DNA of 64,000 nucleotides from NCBI GenBank assembly GCA_965649765.1, contig OZ287757.1:30504001-30568000 (forward strand), written 5' to 3'. The notes below the pieces were generated by a model. The model was given only the letters and a program-made list of their open reading frames with translations, did not search any database and was not told the origin of the DNA. The position numbers and the translations under genes were made by a program. Positions 11,627 through 22,424 of the stretch are shown piece after piece; within the stretch, counting starts at the first letter, position 1; each line of letters opens with the position of its first letter. This stretch comes from Bispira polyomma (taxonomy: Eukaryota).

Positions 11627-11937
11627 GTAAGTAACTATCTTTGCTTTTATTTCAAATTTAACATTTATGTGTTTTAGTTGTATTGTTTGATTTTAGTGAA
11701 CTCTCTAAATTACTGATTTATTATCTTAAATTGCACAAAGTATTCACATTAAATTTAGGAAAATGATAACTTCTTGAATCAAAACTTCTTGAAATTTAGG
11801 AAAATTCTAAGTACAGAATTAAAAAAATCACAAATTCTTTAATCAAAACTTCTTGAAATTTAAGAAAATTACAAGTACAGAATTAAAAAAATCTTCAAAT
11901 CACCAACTTAAATAAATTTGAATATACACCTTAGTGT

Positions 11938-12590
11938 ATGGAGATTCATACTCAGTCTAATTAGTCTTTACATACTCAGCCTAATTAATCTTTAAAAGAA
12001 AATTGTTAATTACTAGGAAACTGTCCATATCCAAGAAAAATGTAAAAGCTTACATTGAAAACACAAAAAATCTCAAAAATTCTGTTAAATTAAAATTTAC
12101 AGTGGATAAAAAATTCCCCGGTGTAATTCGTTTTTGAAATAAACTTTCAAAGGAATTACACCTCGGAATTTTATCTCGGAAAGAAACATGCTCATCCACT
12201 TGATAATATTTCAGATTAGTGGCTTCTACTATTCAATTTAGTTGTCAGTCTGTTTGACATGGAGATTCATACTCAGTCTAATTAGTCTTTACATACTCAG
12301 TCTAATTAGTCTTTAAAAGAAAATTGTTAATTACTAGGAAAATGTTAGAGAAACTGTCCATATCCAAGAAAAATGTAAAAGCTTACATTGAAAACACAAA
12401 AAATCTCAAAAATTCTGTTAAATTAAAATTTACAGTGGATAAAAAATTCCTCGGTGTAATTCATTTTTGAAATAAACTTTCAAAGGAATTACACCTCGGA
12501 ATTTTATCTCGGAAAGAAACATGCTCATCCACTTGATAATATTTCAGATTAGTGGGCTTTCTACTGTTCAATTTAGTTGTCAGTCTGTTT
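11938..12590. repeat. Tandem duplication of ~320-335 bp
   Basis: ATGGAGATTCATACTCAGTCTAATTAG at 11938 and 12259, each followed by near-identical sequence to GTTGTCAGTCTGTTTGAC. Confidence 0.9.
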
Positions 12591-12954
12591 GACGGCATCG
12601 TAAGGTTATTAGCTTCACTGTCTGTAGTAGTAGTAGTAGTGGTAGTCTTCTTCATCTTTAAACTGAAAATATAAAAAAAGAATAAATAATTACTTTTAAA
12701 ATATCCAAATTTTAGATAAGTTATTTTACAATAACAAACTTCTTTTTCGAGTCTATTATGTTGGAAAATGTTAACTGATAAATATGTAAACTCCTGGAGA
12801 AAGCTAAAGTTGATTATATTTACTTAACACTTACACCCATGCCAAATTGACCAAATATAGGAAGGTGAAGTATCAGTTAAACTTTAAAGTATGAGTTAAA
12901 ATTTAACATTCCTGTTAATAAGTCATATTTAGCATCAGTAATTTATTCATACTT

Positions 12955-14097
12955 TTAAACCACTGACCACTCTTCATGGTTAACGGCGTCTCTTGAAGTT
13001 ATACTTTCAAAGGGTTGTAGTACTTCTCGGTTCTTGGTTGTCGGTTTTGTTATTGGTCTTGAAGTGTTGTACTGAGCTGGTGTTCTTAACTCTGGTACGA
13101 TGGATACTCGGGCAGGTTCATCGGAATTAAACAAAACGGATCTCCTCGCTCGCATTCGAGCTTGGATTCTACCAATCCTGAAATGAAATAATAAAACAAA
13201 TATTTACTGGTGTTCTTAACTCGGGTATGATAGATACTAGGGCAGGTTCATCGGAATCAAACAAAAGAGATCTCCTCGCTCGCATTCAAGCTTGGATTCT
13301 ACCAATCCTGAAATGAAATAATAAAACAAATATTTACTGGTGTTCTTAACTCGGGTACGATAGATACTAGGGCTGGTTCATCGGAATCAAACAAAAGAGA
13401 TCTCCTCGCTCGCATTCAAGCTTGGATTCCACCAATCCAGAAATGAAATAATAAAACAAATATTTACTTAGAATTGTTTACGCAAATTCTATCAATCAGA
13501 ATATAAAATAATGAAACAAGTAACTACTTATGGTTATTGTGTGAAATATTACCTCTCTTCGTCTCGTCCTGTAGTGTAATGCCCCTTCCAACACAGAAGA
13601 TTACGCGTTTTCACATACTTCAGAGTCCTTCGAGTTCCTTCTATGATCAAACCTATGTATGTTAGAACGGCTATAGCAATAATAATCCAATTTGGTATGT
13701 TTATTTCATTAGAAATATCGATATCTGAATTAACCAAACTGTCGTCTTTGTTTTCCGTAGAGTCGTTATTTGTGTTATGTTTGCTGTCAACCGAATCGTC
13801 TTGGCAACCGCCTATCATTTCTATATGGGTATAGTCGGGACAGTTTAATGTAACACTATCCACAAATCTCACACTTTGTAAGTTCGGAAAAGCAAATAAA
13901 ACTTTTTTTACATCCACAATAGAGTCTGTGAACACGGCAGTTAAATATCTGACTGAGATAGAGAAAACCGTTCTTGAGTCTATGTTTTCACATTTTATAC
14001 TCGCTAAATCACACCCACAACCCGTGGGGCAATTCAACACTCCCATCACAACACAGCTTATAAACAACAAAACATAAATATTCCTTTGGAAAACCAT
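12955..14097 (-). CDS. Spliced type I membrane protein (exons 14097-13553 and 13177-12955; 255 aa): signal peptide, LRRNT-like cap, acidic stalk, TM helix, long cytoplasmic tail
   Basis: CPTGCGCDLASIKC cap; TM WIIIAIAVLTYIGLII; phase-2 donor GAG AG|gtaat joins acceptor catttcag|G ATT GGT in frame with ORF 12955-13155. Confidence 0.75.
13076..13468. repeat. Three tandem 130-bp copies of an intron-end/exon-start unit
   Basis: Acceptor positions at 13178, 13308 and 13438 (the last mutated CAG>CTG). The two distal copies carry a CGA>TGA stop. Confidence 0.9.
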
Positions 14098-14302
14098 CGT
14101 TAAACTAGATAAAATCAGTATATTGTTTTTATTTTTCCTCTAAACTTTTCTGCATAAACAGATCAAATTTACCTCCAAAATGTTTCACTCTAAAAGTTTT
14201 CTGCGTTTACTTTAACCGTTTAATAAAACAGTTTTGCGAAAAGTTAGGTGATTATTGAAATTGTTTGTCTGATTTTTGTTGTTTTATTTTTCATTGTTCC
14301 AG

Positions 14303-17300
14303 TTAAGACAGCACAAGAGAACTGAGACAATTCCAGGAAAAGAAAAAGCTATTGATACTTGCAACACGCTAGTTGAGGATCTGAAAGCAAAGAAAGTGTC
14401 AAAACAAGAGTGGTCCTGCAAAAAGTGTGGGATAAAGTTTCAACAACTACAAAAATGGATAAAACATAGAAAGAGTTGTGAAGGATTATTGTGTACTCCT
14501 AAACTGAAAATTCAGTGTGTTAATTGCAAAAAATTCTTTTCTCAAAAGTCGAATCTAAAAAGACATCAGCTAAAATGTGACCTTACAGATGGTAAAGAGC
14601 CTACCTTTAAATGTGTGAAATGTACGAAGGTGTATATATTGAAATCTAATTATTTGAAACATCTAAAGAGTTGTGGGTTTTTAAATTCTCTCACTACAAA
14701 AAAAGTTTGTTGTAGTATTTGCAAGGAAAAATTTTTCAGTAGTAAGGATTTATACTCCCATAGATTAAATCAACACGGTGGTGGAGAGCAAAATATTGAC
14801 GATACTGGTAATTCAGACAGATTTCAGTTAAATTCTCCGCCTTGGTTGAATGAAGCTGGTGAAAATATAAATCCAGAGTTAGAAAAAATTTATAAAACAA
14901 ATGAATCACACATATTCGCTCCTCACCAAACAGATAGTGTTGTGAAAAAATATAATTTTCCTACTGAAAATTTGAAAGGAGGGGTTGAAGAAATTATGAA
15001 ACATATAGAAAAAATATTTCAAAATCAAAACTGAGGATTCAAAATTAATATTAATTTAGATTTTATTCTGAAGAACAAGAAATCAGGTAAATACAGATAT
15101 TACATTCCTTATGCTAGTTCTTATCTATTTCCGAAACCTTACATCATTTCCAGACATACCAATTTGAGAGTTTTGAAAAACAAACTCAAGAAATTAAACC
15201 CCAGTGAATATATTTTGAATAACAGACCCAACAGTCGGTATATTCCAGAATATATAACCAATATAAATTTTGATGTGAGCTTAATGGATTACGTATTAGG
15301 TAATCCTTCAGACTTCCCAGAATTTGTGAAAAACTGTAGAAGCGTTTTTACATTTTTAAAGCCTCCAAAAACAGGAAAAACATACACTGACAATATGTGT
15401 ATTTTTCGTTGTCTTGCATTTCACGAGATAAAAAATAGAAAGAGTTTAGACACTTTAACTAGAAGTAAGTTTTTTGAATGGCTTGATTATAAATCTTACA
15501 AAGAACCAAAACGTTTTAAAGGGGTGACATTAGAAGATATTCCCGATTTAGAAAACTGTTTTCAAATCAATATTTCTGTTTTCCAGCTTTTAGAAAATTC
15601 ATGTGTAATCACACATTATAATTCTAGAGGAACTTTTGACAAATCCATAGATTTAGATATGCAAAATCATCATCTATCATATGTCAATAATTTGAGCTTG
15701 TACGCCAAAAAGTATCAATGTCAAGCATAATGTTTTTCAAGAACTTGAAAAGTATAACATTTTTGTCTCAGTAGAAGACAGATTTTGTCCTTATTTTATC
15801 ACTTTTGACTTTGAGTCAATTCTTCAAAAGAAAAGTCAAGTCAAAACTCAGAAGTAACAAAATTAATGTGGAGAGAAAAACACATTCCAATATCAGTCGG
15901 TGTAGGGTCTAATGTTGAAAATTTTGAGGAAGGAAAATGTTTTGTAGATTTTAATATGGATAAATTATTAGCAAAAATGGTTGAATATATGGAACAGATT
16001 TCAAACAAAGTCAAGACCTTACAAATGTTTAAATACCATTCATGCTTTCAAGAACTAGATAGACTTTTAAATGAGTTACAATCACTTGAAACACAAAAAG
16101 ACATTGAACAAAATAGTGAAAATTTTGGAAGTGAAGAAGATGAAGTTCCTTCTGTTTCGTTTCAAAAAAGATTCAAAAAGCACAACTGTTTCGACAAAGC
16201 TATTGATAATTTAATAAAAACTAATAATCTTCAAGTAGAATACAATAATTATAGTGATGTCAGTGAATCTGAAGACGATATTTTTGAGAATGAAGAACAA
16301 GAGAATTTCCTTGAAAATATCTTTCATGAAAAACCTCAAGCTTGTGAAGAAAACATAGCTCACAAATTGTGCTCTAGAACTCGTTTCTTAAAAACTGTGA
16401 GAAAAAAAATCCAAACTTTGAAAGAGAGACTAGAATCTTATTGTGAATGCACACCAGTCTTAGGCTTTAATTCTTCAAATTATGATCTTAATTTAGTCAA
16501 ATCTAAACTGTGTAAACATTTGAAACTTGATGATACACAGAACAATTCTTTTACAGTGAAAAGAAATAATGCTTATTTAGTTATAGCAACCAATACTTTG
16601 AAATTTTTAGATATCAGTCATTATATAGCCCCTGGATTTTCTTACTCTCAATTTTTAAAAAGTTATAATGTAACAGAGCAAAAAGGATACTTTTGTTATC
16701 AATATCTCTCAAAACCCGAAGTTCTTGAAGAAACAAATTTACCTCCTTATGAAGCCTTTTACAGTGATTTGAAATCTTGTAATGTTTTAGAACGTGACTT
16801 GTTAGATTGGTATAAAACAAACAACATACAGTTAGTACAGCAAGATTTAGAATTCAACTCGTATGATAATCCCTCTAAATATGTGAATTCATCTATTTCT
16901 TATTTAAATTTGACAACTGAAAAATGTTTAAAACTTTGTTGTTTGTGTGAAAAGATCCAATGTGTGTGTAATAGTAGACCTCTTACTGGTTTTGATAATT
17001 ATTTAGATTTATTAAAAATTTGGAAAGTGAATGATATGAAATCAGTTGAAGATTTATTAGTCTGGTATAATTTGAAAGATATCAACCCCTTTACAGAAGC
17101 AGTTGAAAATTTACAAAAGTATTACAAAGAAAATAATATTGATCTTTTTAAAGATACAATTTCAGTGCCTGGAGTAGCTAGACAAATGCTATTTAAATCA
17201 AAAGATGCTAATTTTCAGTTATTTGATCGTCAAAATGCAGACCTTTACAGAAAAATAAAGCAATCCATTTGTGGGGGTCCTTCTATAGTGTTTACAAGAG

Positions 17301-19592
17301 CAATGAAAGAAGGACAGAAATTAAGGGGAGGTCATACAAAATGCGAAACTATCGTCGGCTATGACGCGAATAGTCTTTATCCAACCTCGTTACAAAATAA
17401 TATGCCCTGTGGAACTGTAGTAAGGAGACATGAAAGCACTGGTTATAAACCAGAAGTTCAAACAAAATATTTAGACATGTTTATTTGGATGGATCGGGTA
17501 TCAGAACTGAGACAGATAAAAATTTTACACAGATTAAATAGTGGGAAAGAACATTATGTGATGGGTTTCAGAGTTGATGGTGTATTTGGTAATGAAATAT
17601 TTGAATTTTTAGGAGATTATTTTCATGCTTGTCCTAAATGCACTAACAAATTAAAGTGTAACAAACCAAAATCTTGGTTAGTTAAACAAGAACAAAGATA
17701 CCAGAGAACTATTCTAAGAAAAGAATATTTAGAAAGTTTAGGATATACTGTAAATGAAATTTGGGAGTGTGAATATAAAGAAAAGTTTAAAAATTGTGTT
17801 CAACACATTCAAGAAAGATATTTACCCAAATATTACAGTTCTCATAAAAACGGGTTGTCATTAACAAAAGTATTAAAAGACATTAAAAACGGTGAATTAT
17901 TTGGTTGTGCCAAAGTTGATATTGAGACTCCTTCTAAATGGACTGAAGATTTTGTTCAGTCAATCTCACCTCAGGAATATTACTCTGAATTTAGCCCTAT
18001 ATTTTGCACCACTGACGTACCTATGAGTGTTATTGGTGAACATATGACAAATCACATTCAAAATAATGATTTATCTATGGAGAGTAGGCGATTATTAGTA
18101 GGCGGGTTGAAAGCAAATAAGATTATGCTTGCTACACCTTTACTACAATGGTATTTAAAACACGGAATTTTAATAACTAGAATTTATGAAGTCGTAGAGT
18201 TTTCACCCATACCTTGTTTCGCTCAATTTGTTTCTGACGTCACAGAAAGTCATAGGATCGGAGACAAATCTCCTCATTTAGCTTTAATAGGGCAAACTGC
18301 AAAACTTTTGAATAATTCCGCTTATGGATCATGTCTTATGAATAAGGAAAACTTTATGAACATCAAATATGTGAAAGGTGACTCCAGCGAAAATTGAAAT
18401 AAATAAACCAGAATTTCGAAAAGCTACTTTGTTAGATGAAAGATACTATGAGATAGAAGCAGCCAAACGCAGAATTTGTTTAGATGTACCAATTCAAATA
18501 GGGTTCTTTATTTTAAATTATGCAAAATTACGTATGTTAGAATTTTACTATGATAATTTGTGTGAATACATTCATAGAAATAGATTTGAGTGTATACAAA
18601 TGGACACTGATAGTGTGTATTTTGCAATAGCTGGAAAGTCTCTTGAAGACGTAGTTTACAAGCATAAAAAACATGAATTTCAAAGAAAAATCAAAAATAA
18701 TTGTGGTGATTTTGAATTAAAAGCTGATAAAGACCACTATTTCCCCCGAGATTGCTGTACTAAGCATAAACAATACGATTTAAGAACACCGGGACTTTTC
18801 AAAAAAGAAAGTTCGGGAAAAGAAATGATTGCTTTATGTTCTAAAACATATGTACTAGCTGAAGAAATTGGATTCAAACTCTCCTGTAAAGGTGTTAATA
18901 AGAAATCGGTTAAAGATCCTGTCAAAATATTTCAAGACGTTTTGATAACACAAAATGTCCAAACAGCTTTAAATAAAGGTTTTAGAGCTAAAGACAATTC
19001 GATGTTTACATATTCTCAAGAAAGAATAGGTTTTAATTATTTTTACTGTAAACGCAGAGTTTGTGATGACGGAATACACACAGTACCTTTAGATTTGGTT
19101 TTGTCACCGTGGCCAAATTATGAAAGGCATGTGTTTTTCAGAGATTTTACTAACCCTTTATGTATTTCTTACAAATTTCCTTGTAGATATAATGAGAGAA
19201 CATTTGAATCAATAGAACATTTTATGTATTTTGCTTTTGCTCGTTTTCACAAAGAAAAATCTATTGCACTTTTAATTCAAAAATCATTCCACAAAACCAA
19301 AATTCTACAATTACTGAAGAATATAAAGATAAGTTTTATTTGGTTTGATAAACTGAGAGAGCTTTTACAACTGAGTCTAAAGGAAAAATATGAACATTGC
19401 AATTTGTTTAGACAAGCACTTGATAATATTTTGTTTCAAGAAATTATCTTTGCTGACAAGGATAAGTATTTAGGTTGTGGAATGGAATGTAGAATAGCCG
19501 AACTAACCGATAGTGCAAAATACCCTGGTCAAAATGTACTGGGCGAACTGTTGATAGAGTTAAAAAATACAAAAAACACACACAATGTTTAG
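14303..19592 (+). pseudogene. polB: Protein-primed family B DNA polymerase polyprotein (zinc fingers, terminal-protein region, vOTU-like protease, exonuclease, polymerase with VSR-like insertion, C-terminal NADAR-like domain); disrupted
   Basis: Motifs FDFES (~15800), GFNSSNYD, GGPSIVF, YDANSLYP, KLLNNSAYG, MDTDS, TPGLFK. In-frame TGA at 15032-15034; frame breaks at ~15730, ~15855 and ~18380. Confidence 0.95.
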
Positions 19593-19957
19593 ATATTTCT
19601 TTATTTATTTATTTATTTATATGTACATACAGTGATTTCAATTATTTATTTATACAGTAGACTATTTATTTTGTACATATGTCTATAATGTTTATAACTA
19701 TTTTGTATATAGCTTTACAGTGTTATGTACATACTAGGAATATAATAAAATATATGAATCTAAACTCTGTGTTTATAAAAGAGGTCACTCAGTTGATCTT
19801 TGTAGGGTGTACATTACCCTAATGGGCTTACACAACTATTAAAGATTCACCTATACACTACTAAACTGTGTTGTTTAATCAGCTACTTCTCCTATAAACC
19901 TCTATAAAGGGCTTAAGTTATTTAACTGATTGTAAAGAACGCACTTTCATATGAACC

Positions 19958-20401
19958 TTAACCTGTGTGTTTATAAAAGAGATAAACCAACTGATCATTG
20001 TACAACAAATCTTTTGAAAACATATTTAAAATGTTTGACATGGAAAAACCTCTAACTCTAAAATAACAAAAAAACAAACAATATTGACCACACAAATTTG
20101 AAACATAGCTTTGACACCTCTTGACATTGAATTTGTACTTATGGCTTTGTAAGCTCATATAAGACTTTAAATAGAGATCTGGAAATTTACCAATAGGATC
20201 AAAATATTCAGTGACTTCATCATTGTGATTGTAAAGCACAACCCAATGACTTCCTGCTTTCTCACTTGTGTCTAGATTGACTATGTAAAATCTAGGTTTT
20301 TTTGATTGTAAAGGTAATAAATCCTTTGGTAAGACTCCTCCATAACTTTCTGAAATGTAGGGGTCCTTTAACATATACCGCTCCAATTGAAATGTATTCA
20401 T
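19958..20401 (-). CDS. Adenain-like (C5 family) cysteine maturation protease
   Basis: IVNLD...GSHWV, EYFDPIG and Q...SNLCGQYC give the His/Asp/Gln/Cys catalytic set; adjacent to the MCP. Confidence 0.95.
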   Translation of the reverse strand: MNTFQLERYMLKDPYISESYGGVLPKDLLPLQSKKPRFYIVNLDTSEKAGSHWVVLYNHNDEVTEYFDPIGKFPDLYLKSYMSLQSHKYKFNVKRCQSYVSNLCGQYCLFFCYFRVRGFSMSNILNMFSKDLLYNDQLVYLFYKHTG

Positions 20402-21678
20402 TATTGAATTTTGATATTTCTAGCTTTATCAACCAATACCATTCCTGGAAAAATTGAATAAGCAATCACCATTAAAGATGTACTAGTGGCAGAACCGAAC
20501 TTGAGCTGTAACCTTGTGTGTCCTTTTTTAAGTTTTCCCATTAACTCATTGTCTGTTTCTCCTTGAATGTCAAAAACGAAAAGACCATACCCATTTGAAT
20601 AATCAGCTCTACTAATAAAATTTCCAGCGTGGTGTGGGTATTTATTTGAGAATAAAGTAAGGTATGACGAGACATAATCTCCTGTTGAAAAATTAGGTGT
20701 TAGAGCTTGCTGAGGTACACTTTGTCCATCTACACTTAGTTCTAAGTAATTAACACTCTCATTAACAAAATTGTAAGGGTTTAATAAAAAATCACCAGTG
20801 TATGCGTCTGTTTTTACAATACCTAAGATAAGTTTTGAGGGTACTTCACCATGGAAAATATCATCTGATGAAAAGGTGCTTACACCTTGAGGAATAACAA
20901 AAGTTTTTATGTTGGATTTCCAAATAGGGTAAAGAGCTGGAGCGTATGTTAAAGCTTCATTATGAGCTAAGATTATAGAATCACTGACTTTCACATGACA
21001 AGCTTTAAAAACAGCTTCTGTTATTGTTACTTTGTAAGCTTCTAAATCTCTTGTCATCATTACAAATTTATCAGAAGAAGGGAATAATTTAATTATTATT
21101 TTAACCCCGTTTAAAATTGGTCTTTCTTGCTGAGATATATCCATATGAATAGGTTCTTCTAAAGTGACTTCTTTACCGGAAGCTGTAAAAGATGTCCTAG
21201 CTGTCAAACCAGGGTTATTTCCAGGTGGGGTTGCATCCATAACGCCTGAATCCTTGTAATATAATTCACTTTGAAGTTGAGATTCTTTTACTTCCATTCC
21301 GTATTTTAAAAGCACATCAAAAATTGATTTATAAGGGTAGTTTACTCCTACATCCGGAGAAACAACTTTATCTTGAAGCATGACGTCGACTTGACGAAAA
21401 AGAGAGTGTAAACTTAAATTTACTAAACCCACCGCATTATCTGCTGCAATCGGAGTTCCATCCGATTTAAGAATTTTTGCTTTTATTTTTAATCGGGATT
21501 TATTTAAATCAATATATTCAGCACTGGTGCCTGGTATTCGAAATTCTATAGTAGAACCATGTGAAATAGTAGAAGTGGATTGGAATTCTATATATTGGAT
21601 TTCATCTACAGCCGCTTCTACATAAGGAGCTTGAAAAAGTGCTAATTTAGACGAATAAGACAGTTCCTGATCACTCAT
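20401..21678 (-). CDS. Major capsid protein (double jelly-roll; Polinton PY / 'hexon')
   Basis: Intact 425 aa with Polinton MCP hallmarks (IEFRIPG...EYIDL, LHSLFRQVDV, YPYKS, ESQLQSELYYKD, NPYNF, GYGLFVFD). Confidence 0.93.
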   Translation of the reverse strand: MSDQELSYSSKLALFQAPYVEAAVDEIQYIEFQSTSTISHGSTIEFRIPGTSAEYIDLNKSRLKIKAKILKSDGTPIAADNAVGLVNLSLHSLFRQVDVMLQDKVVSPDVGVNYPYKSIFDVLLKYGMEVKESQLQSELYYKDSGVMDATPPGNNPGLTARTSFTASGKEVTLEEPIHMDISQQERPILNGVKIIIKLFPSSDKFVMMTRDLEAYKVTITEAVFKACHVKVSDSIILAHNEALTYAPALYPIWKSNIKTFVIPQGVSTFSSDDIFHGEVPSKLILGIVKTDAYTGDFLLNPYNFVNESVNYLELSVDGQSVPQQALTPNFSTGDYVSSYLTLFSNKYPHHAGNFISRADYSNGYGLFVFDIQGETDNELMGKLKKGHTRLQLKFGSATSTSLMVIAYSIFPGMVLVDKARNIKIQ

Positions 21679-22021
21679 TTTGTTTGTTTTTTAGAAATTC
21701 TTTTCTTTTTAATTTTAGAAGACTTCTTTTTCGAAGAAGTTTTAGTAACACTCTTTCCTTTCTTTCGTCGTTTATTTGATTTCTTTTCCTTTTTAAGACT
21801 GAGTTAATAATTTGATATTCTTTGGTTTAAATACACCGGCTTCTTTGAGCTTCCTCTTTAAATCAGATTTGGCTTGAGCCACTACAGCCTGTGTGGGCGT
21901 TATCATTTTAATTTCACCGCTTCCTACTTGAGGTTTAAATACATAAATTCTTCGTTGATATGGAATATTTCCATTAGCCATGTCTGTAAAATGTTTGGTC
22001 CAATAATTATTATCAGTCATT
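21675..22021 (-). CDS. Small basic virion core/protamine-like protein candidate with QVGSG protease-site motif; Lys/Arg-rich tail interrupted near 21793
   Basis: MTDNNYWTKHF...PQVGSG...; sequence at 21680-21790 encodes a K/R/S-rich run beyond the called stop; located between penton and MCP. Confidence 0.5.
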
Positions 22022-22022
22022 T

Positions 22023-22424
22023 CTATGGAATTTTTCTTCTTAAACCTAATGTACAAGTAGTTGTCTTAATTGGGTCTGTTGGAAATTTCCCTGTAACAGT
22101 GTCTTTTATGTATATTCTAACACGATCTACAGGAATTACAGTAATAGGTTTAAAATAGAATTTATTAAATTCCAGGTTTTTTGTTGTAAAAACACGTCTC
22201 AATACTGGGGCCATAGAATCTTTAATATAGCTATATTCAACTATATCACAATATATATAAACTTCGTTTTGTAGAGTATTATCCCAAGATATATCTAACA
22301 AACTACATTCCCAAGTTTTGTTGAATTCAAATGCTTTAGGTAAATCAACAATAAAATCATACCAGAGATTTTTAGGGTATTCTTTGAGAGAATCCGATGA
22401 AGATAAATATAGGTATTGCATCAT
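22023..22424 (-). CDS. Minor capsid protein (single jelly-roll penton; Polinton PX), very compact at 133 aa
   Basis: N-terminal YLYLSSSDS..YPKN..YDF.VDLP...WECSLLDI and C-terminal YIYCDIVE...PVLR...RVRIYIKD signature. Confidence 0.88.
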   Translation of the reverse strand: MMQYLYLSSSDSLKEYPKNLWYDFIVDLPKAFEFNKTWECSLLDISWDNTLQNEVYIYCDIVEYSYIKDSMAPVLRRVFTTKNLEFNKFYFKPITVIPVDRVRIYIKDTVTGKFPTDPIKTTTCTLGLRRKIP

